Positions 8,949 to 16,731 of a stretch of DNA of 32,000 bases are shown one piece after another. Position 1 is the stretch's first letter; every line of letters starts with the position of its first letter. Under the pieces are notes generated by a model. The model had not been told where the DNA came from, searched no databases, and saw nothing but the letters and a program-made list of their open reading frames with translations. Made by a program: the position numbers and the translations under genes. The DNA is from Catenibacterium mitsuokai. GTDB taxonomy: Bacteria > Bacillota_I > Bacilli_A > Erysipelotrichales > Coprobacillaceae. The DNA lies in the NCBI RefSeq assembly GCF_025148785.1, contig NZ_CP102271.1:1387972-1419971 (forward strand), in the 5' to 3' direction.

Positions 8949-9451
8949 AGGTGGAATAAAAATTCCTATGATCTTCTTGGTTTATCAGCAGATGAAAGTG
9001 ACAGTATTGCTCAAAAGCATAAGCTTCCTATATTGTTAAAAACAATAGACTTTAAGAACGAAAAAGAAGCAGTCTATAAAAAAATAGAAACTGCGTGTAT
9101 AATTGCAAGTAATGGAGATGTTTATAAATGTTTTGGAACAAATAATAGAGTATTCCCTGATATTGATTTAGGAGAAAGACTTTATGGTGTTATAGCGTCA
9201 CATAATCATCCTATTGATGAAACGGCTTCTTCCTTTAGTAGTGCAGATAGATATATGTTTTCTCACTTTAATCTAATTTCATTAAGGGGATGCGATGAAA
9301 CTTATGTATATAAACTATCTAAAAAAATTTAACTAGTGATGAAGTGCTAGAAAATTGGATAATATATGACAATTATTTGCAGTGTTCCAATATTTATAAA
9401 TCTCAGGAAATGAAAGTGAGTTATAGGAGATGGAAAAATGAAAACAAATGA
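8949..9451 (+). pseudogene. JAB/JAMM-like metalloprotein gene, apparently truncated and frameshifted
   Basis: Open frame 8949-9332 (...YDLLGLSADESDSIAQKHKLPILLKTIDFKN...ACIIASNGDVYKCFG...GVIASHNHPIDETASSFSSADRYMF...LRGCDETYVYKLSKKI) has no upstream ATG. The protein-like sequence continues in another frame (LTSDEVLENWIIYDNYLQCSNIYKSQEMKVSYRRWKNENK*, 9329-9451) right after a 7-A run at 9321-9327. Confidence 0.6.
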
Positions 9452-9653
9452 AGAAAAAATGAATGAAGAATTGACAGAATTGTTTATGAATTATGAAAAA
9501 GAAAGAAAAAGAATTGAAAATGAAATAAAAGATAAAGGTCTTTGGGAAACGTTTGGATTAGATGCAAATGAACATTTTTTTAAATCTCTAAAAAAGAAGT
9601 TCAAAAAAAAGAAAAAGCAATTAGATCAAAATATGGAAAATTGTAGTTTTTAA
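9438..9653 (+). CDS. Small charged hypothetical protein (71 aa)
   Basis: ATG 13 nt upstream of the preceding frame's stop (coupled arrangement) with GGAGA upstream. MKTNEEKMNEELTELFMNYEKERKRIENEIKDKG... Confidence 0.5.
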   Translation: MKTNEEKMNEELTELFMNYEKERKRIENEIKDKGLWETFGLDANEHFFKSLKKKFKKKKKQLDQNMENCSF

Positions 9654-9672
9654 AAATAAATATCCAGGAGGT

Positions 9673-9698
9673 GGTGTCAATTGATTGTGACACCTTTT
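9673..9698 (+). terminator. Possible terminator hairpin
   Basis: GGTGTCA-ATTGATTG-TGACACC followed by T run. Confidence 0.45.
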
Positions 9699-9870
9699 TA
9701 ATTACACAAAAGTAGGAGGTTAAAGGCACATGTCTAAGAAGATAGGCAGACCCACTTATTTTTAGGACTAACTTTAAATAAAGGGGGATAAATAGATGGA
9801 ATTATTTGGGAATTTCTATGCATTTTAAAAGGCCATTGTAAAAACTGTTCATTAAATTATGATAAAATTA

Positions 9871-11016
9871 TTTGAATACCCACAAACCACAGGTTAGTGA
9901 AAATTAAATTTCATAAGCACCGATTAAACGGCGTTCATGAAGTTGAACCAGACACATGAATTTCCCACCTGTTCTATAATTAGTTTAGAAATCAGATGGA
10001 GGTATAATCATATGTCAAACAAAGTATTAAAGCCTAAGAAAGCTTCTCTTTATCAGTTCACTCAGAAATATTCCAACAATATTGATAACTGCATTGAATT
10101 CTTCAAATCCATGAAATGGCCTGACGGCTTTTCATGTGACCGTTGTGGCTGTCATAAGTATTACCTAGTCAAGCGTGTAGGAAAGACCAAGACTTCATAT
10201 GTTCTTGAATGCAGCTCATGCCATAAGCAGCATTCACTGCTTTCAGGCACTATTTTTCAGAGTTGCAAGCTTGATCTATACAAGCTTCTGTTAGGTATCT
10301 TCCTTTTCTTCAATAAAAATAAAGGAATCAGTGCAGTAGAGTTATGTTCAATACTAGACGTCAACTATAAGACTGCACTTCTTCTTGAAAGCAAGTGTAG
10401 AATTCTTATGTCACTAAGCAATTCAGACAAGCTGCTCAACAGCCTTTTCTATGAGGCAGATGTCTTTAATATTGGCGCAAAATCCAAGAATAAAGCGGGT
10501 CGTGCAAGTGAACAGCAACCTGTTTTGGGCATTCTATCTACAGATAAAGAGAATAACTATCCCCGGTTTATTAAGTTAAGACTCATCAATGATTATACTG
10601 GTCTATCACTTAAGAAAAACATAGAACAGTGCTGTGTATTATCACATGCTGCATTGCTTAATACTGATGGCGAGAAAGGCTTTAATACATTAGGCACAGA
10701 AATACAGGTAAAGAACGAGAAAATCAGCTATGAAGAAAAGAATCATAGACTACTCTGGTTAAATATAATAATTGGTAATATTAAAAATAATATTACTGGG
10801 ATATATCATGGAATAACTAAAAGAGAGATGCCTTTATTCCTGAATGAACAGGAGTATAGATTTAACCACAGAAATATGGGAAAGACTGTTATGGATAAAA
10901 TCAAGAAATACCTACAGAAATCATTTCCTATCAGTCATAGACTGATAGTATATATCCTGAATATTTCTGCTCCACATTTCTCTTAAATCGTCACCTGTTG
11001 ATTATGGGTATTCAAA
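9871..11016 (+). mobile_element. IS1595-family insertion sequence (1146 bp) with 8-bp target duplication
   Basis: Terminal repeats TTTGAATACCCACAAACCACAGGTTA (left) and TTTGAATACCCATAATCAACAGGTGA (reverse complement of right), 22/26. Flanking TAAAATTA at 9863-9870 and 11017-11024. Confidence 0.92.
10012..10986 (+). CDS. IS1595 family (ISXO2-like) transposase
   Basis: N-terminal zinc ribbon WPDGFSCDRCGCHKY...CSSCHKQHSLLSGTIF, then YEADVFNIG, LLNTDGEKGF and NNITGIYHGITK blocks. ATG after GGAGG. The longer upstream extension in the track lacks a ribosome site. Confidence 0.9.
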   Translation: MSNKVLKPKKASLYQFTQKYSNNIDNCIEFFKSMKWPDGFSCDRCGCHKYYLVKRVGKTKTSYVLECSSCHKQHSLLSGTIFQSCKLDLYKLLLGIFLFFNKNKGISAVELCSILDVNYKTALLLESKCRILMSLSNSDKLLNSLFYEADVFNIGAKSKNKAGRASEQQPVLGILSTDKENNYPRFIKLRLINDYTGLSLKKNIEQCCVLSHAALLNTDGEKGFNTLGTEIQVKNEKISYEEKNHRLLWLNIIIGNIKNNITGIYHGITKREMPLFLNEQEYRFNHRNMGKTVMDKIKKYLQKSFPISHRLIVYILNISAPHFS

Positions 11017-11287
11017 TAAAATTATAAAAAGTCCTAAATCAGGCAATAAAGACAGATTGCTTATATTAAGAGTGGATTATGGCGAAGATAAATCAAAAGT
11101 ATTATTAAATGATGAACCAGCAGAAGTTCTTTTGACTGTATATCATAATGAAGATGGAAGTTTTACAGTTGTAGAAGGCAAGAATGCAAAGAAGTATCTA
11201 TACGATAGTTAAAGAATAATATAATTAATTAACGAAGTATAACTTATAAAAGTGCTATGACTATTTTCTACATATACAACAAAAACT

Positions 11288-11326
11288 AAACAAGGACCAG
11301 GTTTAAAAACACACTGGTCCTTGTTT
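11288..11326. terminator. Hairpin, probable terminator (possibly bidirectional)
   Basis: AAACAAGGACCAG / CTGGTCCTTGTTT, 13-bp perfect stem with 13-nt loop. Confidence 0.7.
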
Positions 11327-11346
11327 CAATATAATTTTTCTTTTTA

Positions 11347-11478
11347 CTAGTTTTGATTTTGTTTAGCTAAAAGATACATACCACTAAGCATTATTAATAT
11401 TCCTATTAACCAATATTTTTTATATACAGTTAATGCAATTCCTGCAAACATTAATAATATTGTCATTTGTTGTTTCAT
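11347..11478 (-). CDS. Small membrane peptide (43 aa)
   Basis: MKQQMTILLMFAGIALTVYKKYWLIGILIMLSGMYLLAKQNQN*, two hydrophobic stretches; the 11288-11326 hairpin lies just downstream on this strand. Below the ORF-track cutoff and no strong ribosome site. Confidence 0.4.
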   Translation of the reverse strand: MKQQMTILLMFAGIALTVYKKYWLIGILIMLSGMYLLAKQNQN

Positions 11479-11539
11479 ACATTTTCTATGTCATCTAGAA
11501 AAAATTAAAGTTACATCTATGTAAGCAGAGATTATTTAA

Positions 11540-11734
11540 TCATAGGTGATAAATAGTAAGTAACTCTTTATCTAGATTACTTCCTTTCTCATTACTCAAT
11601 GAATATATTATATCATTGGTATTTATAAATGAAAATATTTTATAAAGTGCCCCATATTCGGCGCTCTGAAAAGCAAATTCAATGCATAGTATTTCATTTG
11701 GTTTTATAATTATATTAGTAACTGGAGGAGATGA
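11540..11734 (-). pseudogene. Protein-like open remnant without a start codon
   Basis: SSPPVTNIIIKPNEILCIEFAFQSAEYGALYKIFSFINTNDIIYSLSNEKGSNLDKELLTIYHL*; preceded by an in-frame stop. Confidence 0.3.
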
Positions 11735-11827
11735 TCATATATAAACATTTACAAAGAAGTGATAAAAGTATGTCCATAAAGCGCAAGCGTATAGAAATGC
11801 TTACAATAAAAGAAAGGGGTTGAAAAT

Positions 11828-12085
11828 ATGACCGGACCTTGTTTTAGATTCCTTTGGCAGGAGCCAGAGTACTCTACTGTTGATGAAAATTTAGTTTTCC
11901 ATTTAAAGGATGATGCTCCTGAAATTGCCAAAAAAACTATAAAGAGTATCAAAGATACTATTCAAAAGAAATGGAAGAAAAACATGCTGAATTTTTCAGA
12001 AAAATTGAAGAAGAAATTGATTATGGAGACGATGATTGAGTCATACTTACAAAGTAAAAGAAAGAAAATGATTAACTATGCGTAA
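11828..12085 (+). CDS. Small hypothetical protein (85 aa)
   Basis: Preceded by AAAGAAAGGGGTTGAAAAT; MTGPCFRFLWQEPEYSTVDENLVFHLKDDAPEIAKKTIKSIKDTI... looks protein-like. Confidence 0.5.
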   Translation: MTGPCFRFLWQEPEYSTVDENLVFHLKDDAPEIAKKTIKSIKDTIQKKWKKNMLNFSEKLKKKLIMETMIESYLQSKRKKMINYA

Positions 12086-12313
12086 AATAATTGATGAATG
12101 ACAAATCCATCAATATATTGTGTTAGTTCTAGATAAAGATATTTGGGGCATGCATCCATACAATTATTTTTGGATAAATGGACGAAAATATAAATCAGTT
12201 TATGTACATAATATGCCAAACTGTATTGCGATAGAAGGCGAGCTTAAAGATACTTTCATCGGTCAATATGTAAAATTTGTTTTATAAAATATTTAAGATA
12301 ACAGAGGTGAACT

Positions 12314-12547
12314 ATGAATTATCAAGAAATGCAAATGAAATTAAAACAATATCTACTTCCTAAGAATACAATCTCCGACAAAAGAGGGTTTGTAGATGGC
12401 ATTCTCAGCTTAGTAGCACATGAGGATGACTTAAAAGACATGTGTGATTGGATTGATAAATATCCCAATGCTACAGAATCAGAAATAATATGTAAAGCAT
12501 TAGAATTAAACATTCCAAGAACTGAACCAGAAAGAATAATTCGTTAA
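12314..12547 (+). CDS. Small hypothetical protein (77 aa)
   Basis: AGAGGTGAACT then ATG; MNYQEMQMKLKQYLLPKNTISDKRGFVDGILSLVAHEDDLKDMCDWIDKYPNATESEIICKALEL... Confidence 0.65.
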   Translation: MNYQEMQMKLKQYLLPKNTISDKRGFVDGILSLVAHEDDLKDMCDWIDKYPNATESEIICKALELNIPRTEPERIIR

Positions 12548-12550
12548 CGC

Positions 12551-12586
12551 AAGAAGGACCAAAGCTTATATGCTCTGGTCCTTCTT
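12551..12586. terminator. Bidirectional terminator between convergent genes
   Basis: AAGAAGGACCAAAGC-TTATAT-GCTCTGGTCCTTCTT (14/15 paired), T run on the + strand. Confidence 0.8.
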
Positions 12587-12769
12587 TGCTTTCTCAATAA
12601 CTGCTTCCATAGCTTCTCTAAAAACAGCTGACTGCTTAATTCCAAGTTTCTCACATGCTTCTCTGAATTCAGTAACAAACTCAGTCTTGTAACTTACACT
12701 TACTGTTTTCATATTGCTTTTCGTCCACTGCTTAACATACTCTTTTTGATCAAACTTTTCTTTTTCCAT
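12566..12769 (-). CDS. Ribbon-helix-helix-like small protein (67 aa)
   Basis: MKTVSVSYKTEFVTEFREACEKLGIKQSAVFREAMEAVIEKAKKDQ: strand followed by two helices with the S/AVFREAMEAVIE pattern of Arc/CopG-like proteins. Confidence 0.6.
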   Translation of the reverse strand: MEKEKFDQKEYVKQWTKSNMKTVSVSYKTEFVTEFREACEKLGIKQSAVFREAMEAVIEKAKKDQSI

Positions 12770-12779
12770 ATTGAATTAC

Positions 12780-12878
12780 CTAAAATACTAATTTCAAAAC
12801 AATTATAATCAAAAGAATTAATGTCATAATTTGAACGATGTCAGTGGTATCTTTTAAAAACTTGCTTAATTTTTTCAT
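12780..12878 (-). CDS. Very small single-span membrane peptide (32 aa) directly upstream of the RHH-like gene
   Basis: MKKLSKFLKDTTDIVQIMTLILLIIIVLKLVF*; AAGGAA upstream, extended -10 TGATATAAT further upstream; stop is 10 nt before the RHH ATG. Not in the ORF track. Confidence 0.5.
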   Translation of the reverse strand: MKKLSKFLKDTTDIVQIMTLILLIIIVLKLVF

Positions 12879-13042
12879 TCAAATCATTCCTTCCCTTTCT
12901 TGATTATATCATATTAATTATTTTTACAAATCAATCTCTTATCAAATTTCTTATTTTGTACATGTTTCTTTATATTCAAAAAACCATTTAGTTATTTTTA
13001 AAGTAAGTAATTTATAGTATAATAGGATCAGAGGTGAGAATA

Positions 13043-14578
13043 TTGGAATATGCTATTGAAATGCTTAATATCACAAAAGAATTCCCTGGTATTAAAGCAA
13101 ACGACGATATTACTCTTCAAGTAAAAAAAGGCGAAATTCATGCTTTATTAGGTGAGAATGGTGCTGGTAAATCTACTTTGATGAGTATTTTATTTGGTCT
13201 TTATCAGCCTGATATGGGTGAAATAAAGATTAATGGACAAAGCGTTAAAATCAATGACCCAAATGATGCCAATAAATATAACATTGGTATGGTGCATCAA
13301 CATTTTAAGCTTGTTCATAATTTCACTGTATTGGAAAACATTATTTTAGGTGTTGAAGAGAAAGGGTTATTTGGTAAGCTCAAGACAGATAATGCACGCA
13401 AGAAGGTGATGAGCTTATCTGAGAAATATCATTTAAACATTGATCCAGATGCAAAGATCGAAGATATTACTGTTGGTATGCAGCAGCGTGTAGAAATCTT
13501 AAAGATGTTATATAGAAATAATGATATCTTGATTTTTGATGAACCTACAGCAGTACTCACTCCACAGGAAATTGATGAGTTAATGAAAATCATGAAGGAA
13601 CTTATTAAGGAAGGTAAATCCATCATTTTCATTACTCATAAGTTAAATGAAATTAAAGCAGTAGCGGATCGCTGTACAATCATTCGTAAGGGACGTTATG
13701 TTGGTACAGTCAATGTAGCTGATGTGACTAAAGAACAGTTATCAGAAATGATGGTTGGTCATAAGGTAAACTTGACAGTCACTAAAGATGATCATGAGCC
13801 ATCTGATGTTGTATTAAAGGTTGACCATTTAAGCTATCAGCCTAAGACTTCAGATAAACTTCTTTTAAATGATGTTTCATTTGAAGTAAGAAAAGGTGAA
13901 ATTGTTTGTATTGCTGGTATTGATGGCAATGGTCAGAGTGAATTGATCTATAACTTAACTGGACTTGAACAGCCTAATATGGGTCATGTTTACTTAAATG
14001 ATGATGAAATTACACATAAGAGTATTCGTTATCGTAATGACCATGGGTTATCTCATATCCCAGAAGATCGTCATAAACATGGGTTAGTTCTTGATTATAC
14101 TCTTGGTGAAAACTTGATTTTAAAATCATATTATAAGAAAGACTTCCAGAATCATGGCATTATTAATTTTGACGCAATGAATACTTATGCTGATCGTCTT
14201 ATTGAAGAATATGATGTACGTTCAGGTGAAGGTAGAAATTCTATTGTGCGTGGTATGTCTGGTGGTAACCAGCAGAAAGCCATTATTGCGAGAGAAGTAG
14301 AACAGAATGATGACCTACTTATTGCAGTACAGCCTACACGTGGTCTAGATGTTGGGGCTATTGAATTTATTCATAAGCAGATTGTTAAGACAAGAGACAA
14401 CAATAAAGCAGTATTACTTGTATCACTTGAACTTGATGAAGTTATGAACTTATCAGATCGTATTTTAGTTATGTATGAAGGGGAAATCGTTGCGGATCTT
14501 AATCCAAAAGAGACTACTATTCAGGAATTAGGACTTTATATGGCAGGTTCTAAGAGAGGAGAAGGTTATGAAAAGTAA
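13043..14578 (+). CDS. nupO: Nucleoside-type ABC transporter ATP-binding protein (two ATPase domains, NupO/YufO-like)
   Basis: Likely TTG start giving MEYAIEMLNITKEFPGIKANDDITLQVKKGEIHALLGENGAGKSTLMSILFG; second domain IAGIDGNGQSE...MSGGNQQKAIIARE...PTRGLDVGAIEFIHK. Confidence 0.9.
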   Translation: MEYAIEMLNITKEFPGIKANDDITLQVKKGEIHALLGENGAGKSTLMSILFGLYQPDMGEIKINGQSVKINDPNDANKYNIGMVHQHFKLVHNFTVLENIILGVEEKGLFGKLKTDNARKKVMSLSEKYHLNIDPDAKIEDITVGMQQRVEILKMLYRNNDILIFDEPTAVLTPQEIDELMKIMKELIKEGKSIIFITHKLNEIKAVADRCTIIRKGRYVGTVNVADVTKEQLSEMMVGHKVNLTVTKDDHEPSDVVLKVDHLSYQPKTSDKLLLNDVSFEVRKGEIVCIAGIDGNGQSELIYNLTGLEQPNMGHVYLNDDEITHKSIRYRNDHGLSHIPEDRHKHGLVLDYTLGENLILKSYYKKDFQNHGIINFDAMNTYADRLIEEYDVRSGEGRNSIVRGMSGGNQQKAIIAREVEQNDDLLIAVQPTRGLDVGAIEFIHKQIVKTRDNNKAVLLVSLELDEVMNLSDRILVMYEGEIVADLNPKETTIQELGLYMAGSKRGEGYEK

Positions 14579-15686
14579 TAAACCCGCTTTAATGGAACGT
14601 GCCAGCTTCAAATCAATTGTGTCTTCTTTACTCGCAATTTTAATGGGGCTAGTCGTTGGTTTTATCATTATCTTAATTGCTAATCCTAGTGATGCACTTC
14701 AGGGATTATCTATTTTATTAACAGGTGGCTTTAGAGAAGGGCTATCTAGTATTGGACAGGTTATTTATTTAGCAGTACCAATCATGATGACTGGTCTATC
14801 TGTTTCATTTGCTTATAAATGTGGTGAATTCAATATCGGTGTACCTGGACAGTATTTAGTAGGAAGCTTCACTGCTGTATTTATCGCATTAAGAGCTACT
14901 TTTATTCCAGATAATTTAGTATGGATTTTTGCTATTTTAGGAGCTGGAATTGCTGGTGCTTTATGGGCACTTATTCCTGGTATCTTAAAAGCAGCTCGTA
15001 ACGTAAACGTTGTTATTTCTGGTATCATGTGTAACTATATCGGTATGTTACTTGTTATCCAGGGCATTAAAGCAACTATCTACAACTCTACAGGTGCAGA
15101 AAGCTATGCAGTACCTAGTACACGTAGTATTCCTGGCTTTGGGCTCAATCAGATTTTTGGTGATCGTGTTAATTTAGGTATCATTATTGCTATCTTACTT
15201 TGTATACTTGCTTGGTTTATTATGAATAAAACTACTTTTGGTTATGAACTAAAAGCATGTGGTTTCAATAAAGATGCAGCAAGATATGCAGGTATGAACG
15301 AAAAGAAATGTATCGTTTTAGCACTTGTGATTTCTGGATTCTTTGCAGGTGTAGGTGGTGCCTTAACTTACTTATGTGGTACTGGTAAAACTTTACCAAT
15401 CACTGAAACATTACCAAACGAAGGCTGGAACGGTATCCCAGTAGCCTTACTTGGCTTTTCTAATCCAATTGGATGTATCTTCGCTGCATTATTCATTGGT
15501 TATATTAATGTTGGTGGTAACTATATGCAGGCACTTAATATTGCGATTGAAGTTATTGATATTATCGTTGCTGTTATTATCTACTTTGCTTCATTCACAT
15601 TATTCATCAAAGCCTTATTAGAACGTTATCAAAGAAATAAAAAGAGAAAAGCAGAAATACAGAATGAAGGAGGTAAAACAGAATGA
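14568..15686 (+). CDS. nupP: ABC transporter permease (NupP/YufP-like)
   Basis: Overlaps the ATPase gene; polytopic; TGLSVSFAYKCGEFNIGVPGQ and GFNKDAARYAGMNEKK typical of BMP-linked permeases. Confidence 0.9.
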   Translation: MKSNKPALMERASFKSIVSSLLAILMGLVVGFIIILIANPSDALQGLSILLTGGFREGLSSIGQVIYLAVPIMMTGLSVSFAYKCGEFNIGVPGQYLVGSFTAVFIALRATFIPDNLVWIFAILGAGIAGALWALIPGILKAARNVNVVISGIMCNYIGMLLVIQGIKATIYNSTGAESYAVPSTRSIPGFGLNQIFGDRVNLGIIIAILLCILAWFIMNKTTFGYELKACGFNKDAARYAGMNEKKCIVLALVISGFFAGVGGALTYLCGTGKTLPITETLPNEGWNGIPVALLGFSNPIGCIFAALFIGYINVGGNYMQALNIAIEVIDIIVAVIIYFASFTLFIKALLERYQRNKKRKAEIQNEGGKTE

Positions 15687-16645
15687 GTATAGTTTATTTC
15701 CTTTTTGCTCAGACTTTACTATTTGCCATTCCATTAATGATTGTTGCTTTGGGTGGTATGTTCTCTGAACGAAGTGGTGTTGTTAACTTAGCCCTTGAAG
15801 GTATTATGATCATCGGCGGTTTTGCTGGTGTATTCTATTTAAATTATATGCAGTCTAATGATATTCTTCATGGTATGCCACTTCTTTTAACAGGTTTACT
15901 TATTTCAGGAATTGTCGGTGTACTATTTAGTATGCTTCATGCCTTTGCAGCCATTCATTTAAGTGCTGACCAGACTATTTCTGGTACTGCATTAAATATG
16001 CTTGCTCCAGCACTTGGTATCTTTATCGCAAAAACTGTACAGGATGGTATGCAGAACGTTTCATTCACTAATGAATTCAGAATTTCTGAAGTTCCTGGAC
16101 TTAGCAGTATTCCAGTACTTGGTGATTTATTCTTCAAAAACTGTTACTTTACTACATTCCTAGGCATTGCGATTCTTATCATTTCTTGGTATTTCCTTAT
16201 GAAAACCAAGACTGGTTTAAGAATCCGTTCTTGTGGTGAAAACCCTCAGGCAGCAGATGCTGCAGGGATCAGTGTTTATAAAATCAGATATCTAGGTGTA
16301 GGTATTTCTGGTTTCTTAGCTGGTATGGGTGGACTTATTTATATCCTACCAATCTCTACAGAATTCACCTGCACTGTTGCTGGTTATGGTTTCTTAGCTT
16401 TAGCTGTATTAATCTTTGGTAACTGGACACCATTAAGAATTGCTGGTGCAGCATTCTTCTTCGGTTTCATGAAGACATTATCTTATACATATAACTCAGT
16501 TCCATTACTTGCTAAAATGTCTTTACCTGATACAACATATAAATTAATTCCATATGTTGCTACTTTAATTCTATTAGCATTTACATCTAAGAACTCTGCT
16601 GCGCCTCGTGCAGATGGTGTGCCTTACGATAAGTCTAAACGTTAA
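15683..16645 (+). CDS. nupQ: ABC transporter permease (NupQ/YufQ-like)
   Basis: LGGMFSERSGVVNLALEGIMIIGGF, GENPQAADAAGISVYKIRY. Confidence 0.9.
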   Translation: MSIVYFLFAQTLLFAIPLMIVALGGMFSERSGVVNLALEGIMIIGGFAGVFYLNYMQSNDILHGMPLLLTGLLISGIVGVLFSMLHAFAAIHLSADQTISGTALNMLAPALGIFIAKTVQDGMQNVSFTNEFRISEVPGLSSIPVLGDLFFKNCYFTTFLGIAILIISWYFLMKTKTGLRIRSCGENPQAADAAGISVYKIRYLGVGISGFLAGMGGLIYILPISTEFTCTVAGYGFLALAVLIFGNWTPLRIAGAAFFFGFMKTLSYTYNSVPLLAKMSLPDTTYKLIPYVATLILLAFTSKNSAAPRADGVPYDKSKR

Positions 16646-16653
16646 TAGAGCCG

Positions 16654-16677
16654 GACTCCTCAGGGAGTCCTTTTTTC
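16654..16677 (+). terminator. Rho-independent terminator after nupOPQ
   Basis: GGACTCC-TCAG-GGAGTCC followed by 6 T. Confidence 0.92.
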
Positions 16678-16731
16678 TTGCACTACTATACAAAAAAGTT
16701 ATAATGAATAGAGAAAGAAAAGAGGTATACA

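Larger units (their letters stand above)
9792..11212 (+). pseudogene. Small ORF split by the IS1595-family element (parts 9792-9870 and 11025-11212)
   Basis: Removing the IS and one 8-bp duplication gives a continuous frame: IDGIIWEFLCILKGHCKNCSLNYDKI|IKSPKSGNKDRLLILRVDYGEDKSKVLLNDEPAEVLLTVYHNEDGSFTVVEGKNAKKYLYDS*. No obvious ATG at its 5' end. Confidence 0.5.

Noticed and set aside
9730-9765. Tiny ORF MSKKIGRPTYF with a strong ribosome site
   Set aside because: Resembles the beginning of small RHH-type mobile-element proteins (MSKKxGRPT...) but ends after 11 codons. Most likely a fragment, too short to call.
8940-13040. Complete prophage, CRISPR array or defence island
   Set aside because: No integrase, structural genes, attachment repeats, regularly spaced repeats or recognisable defence genes; only remnants, small ORFs and one IS.
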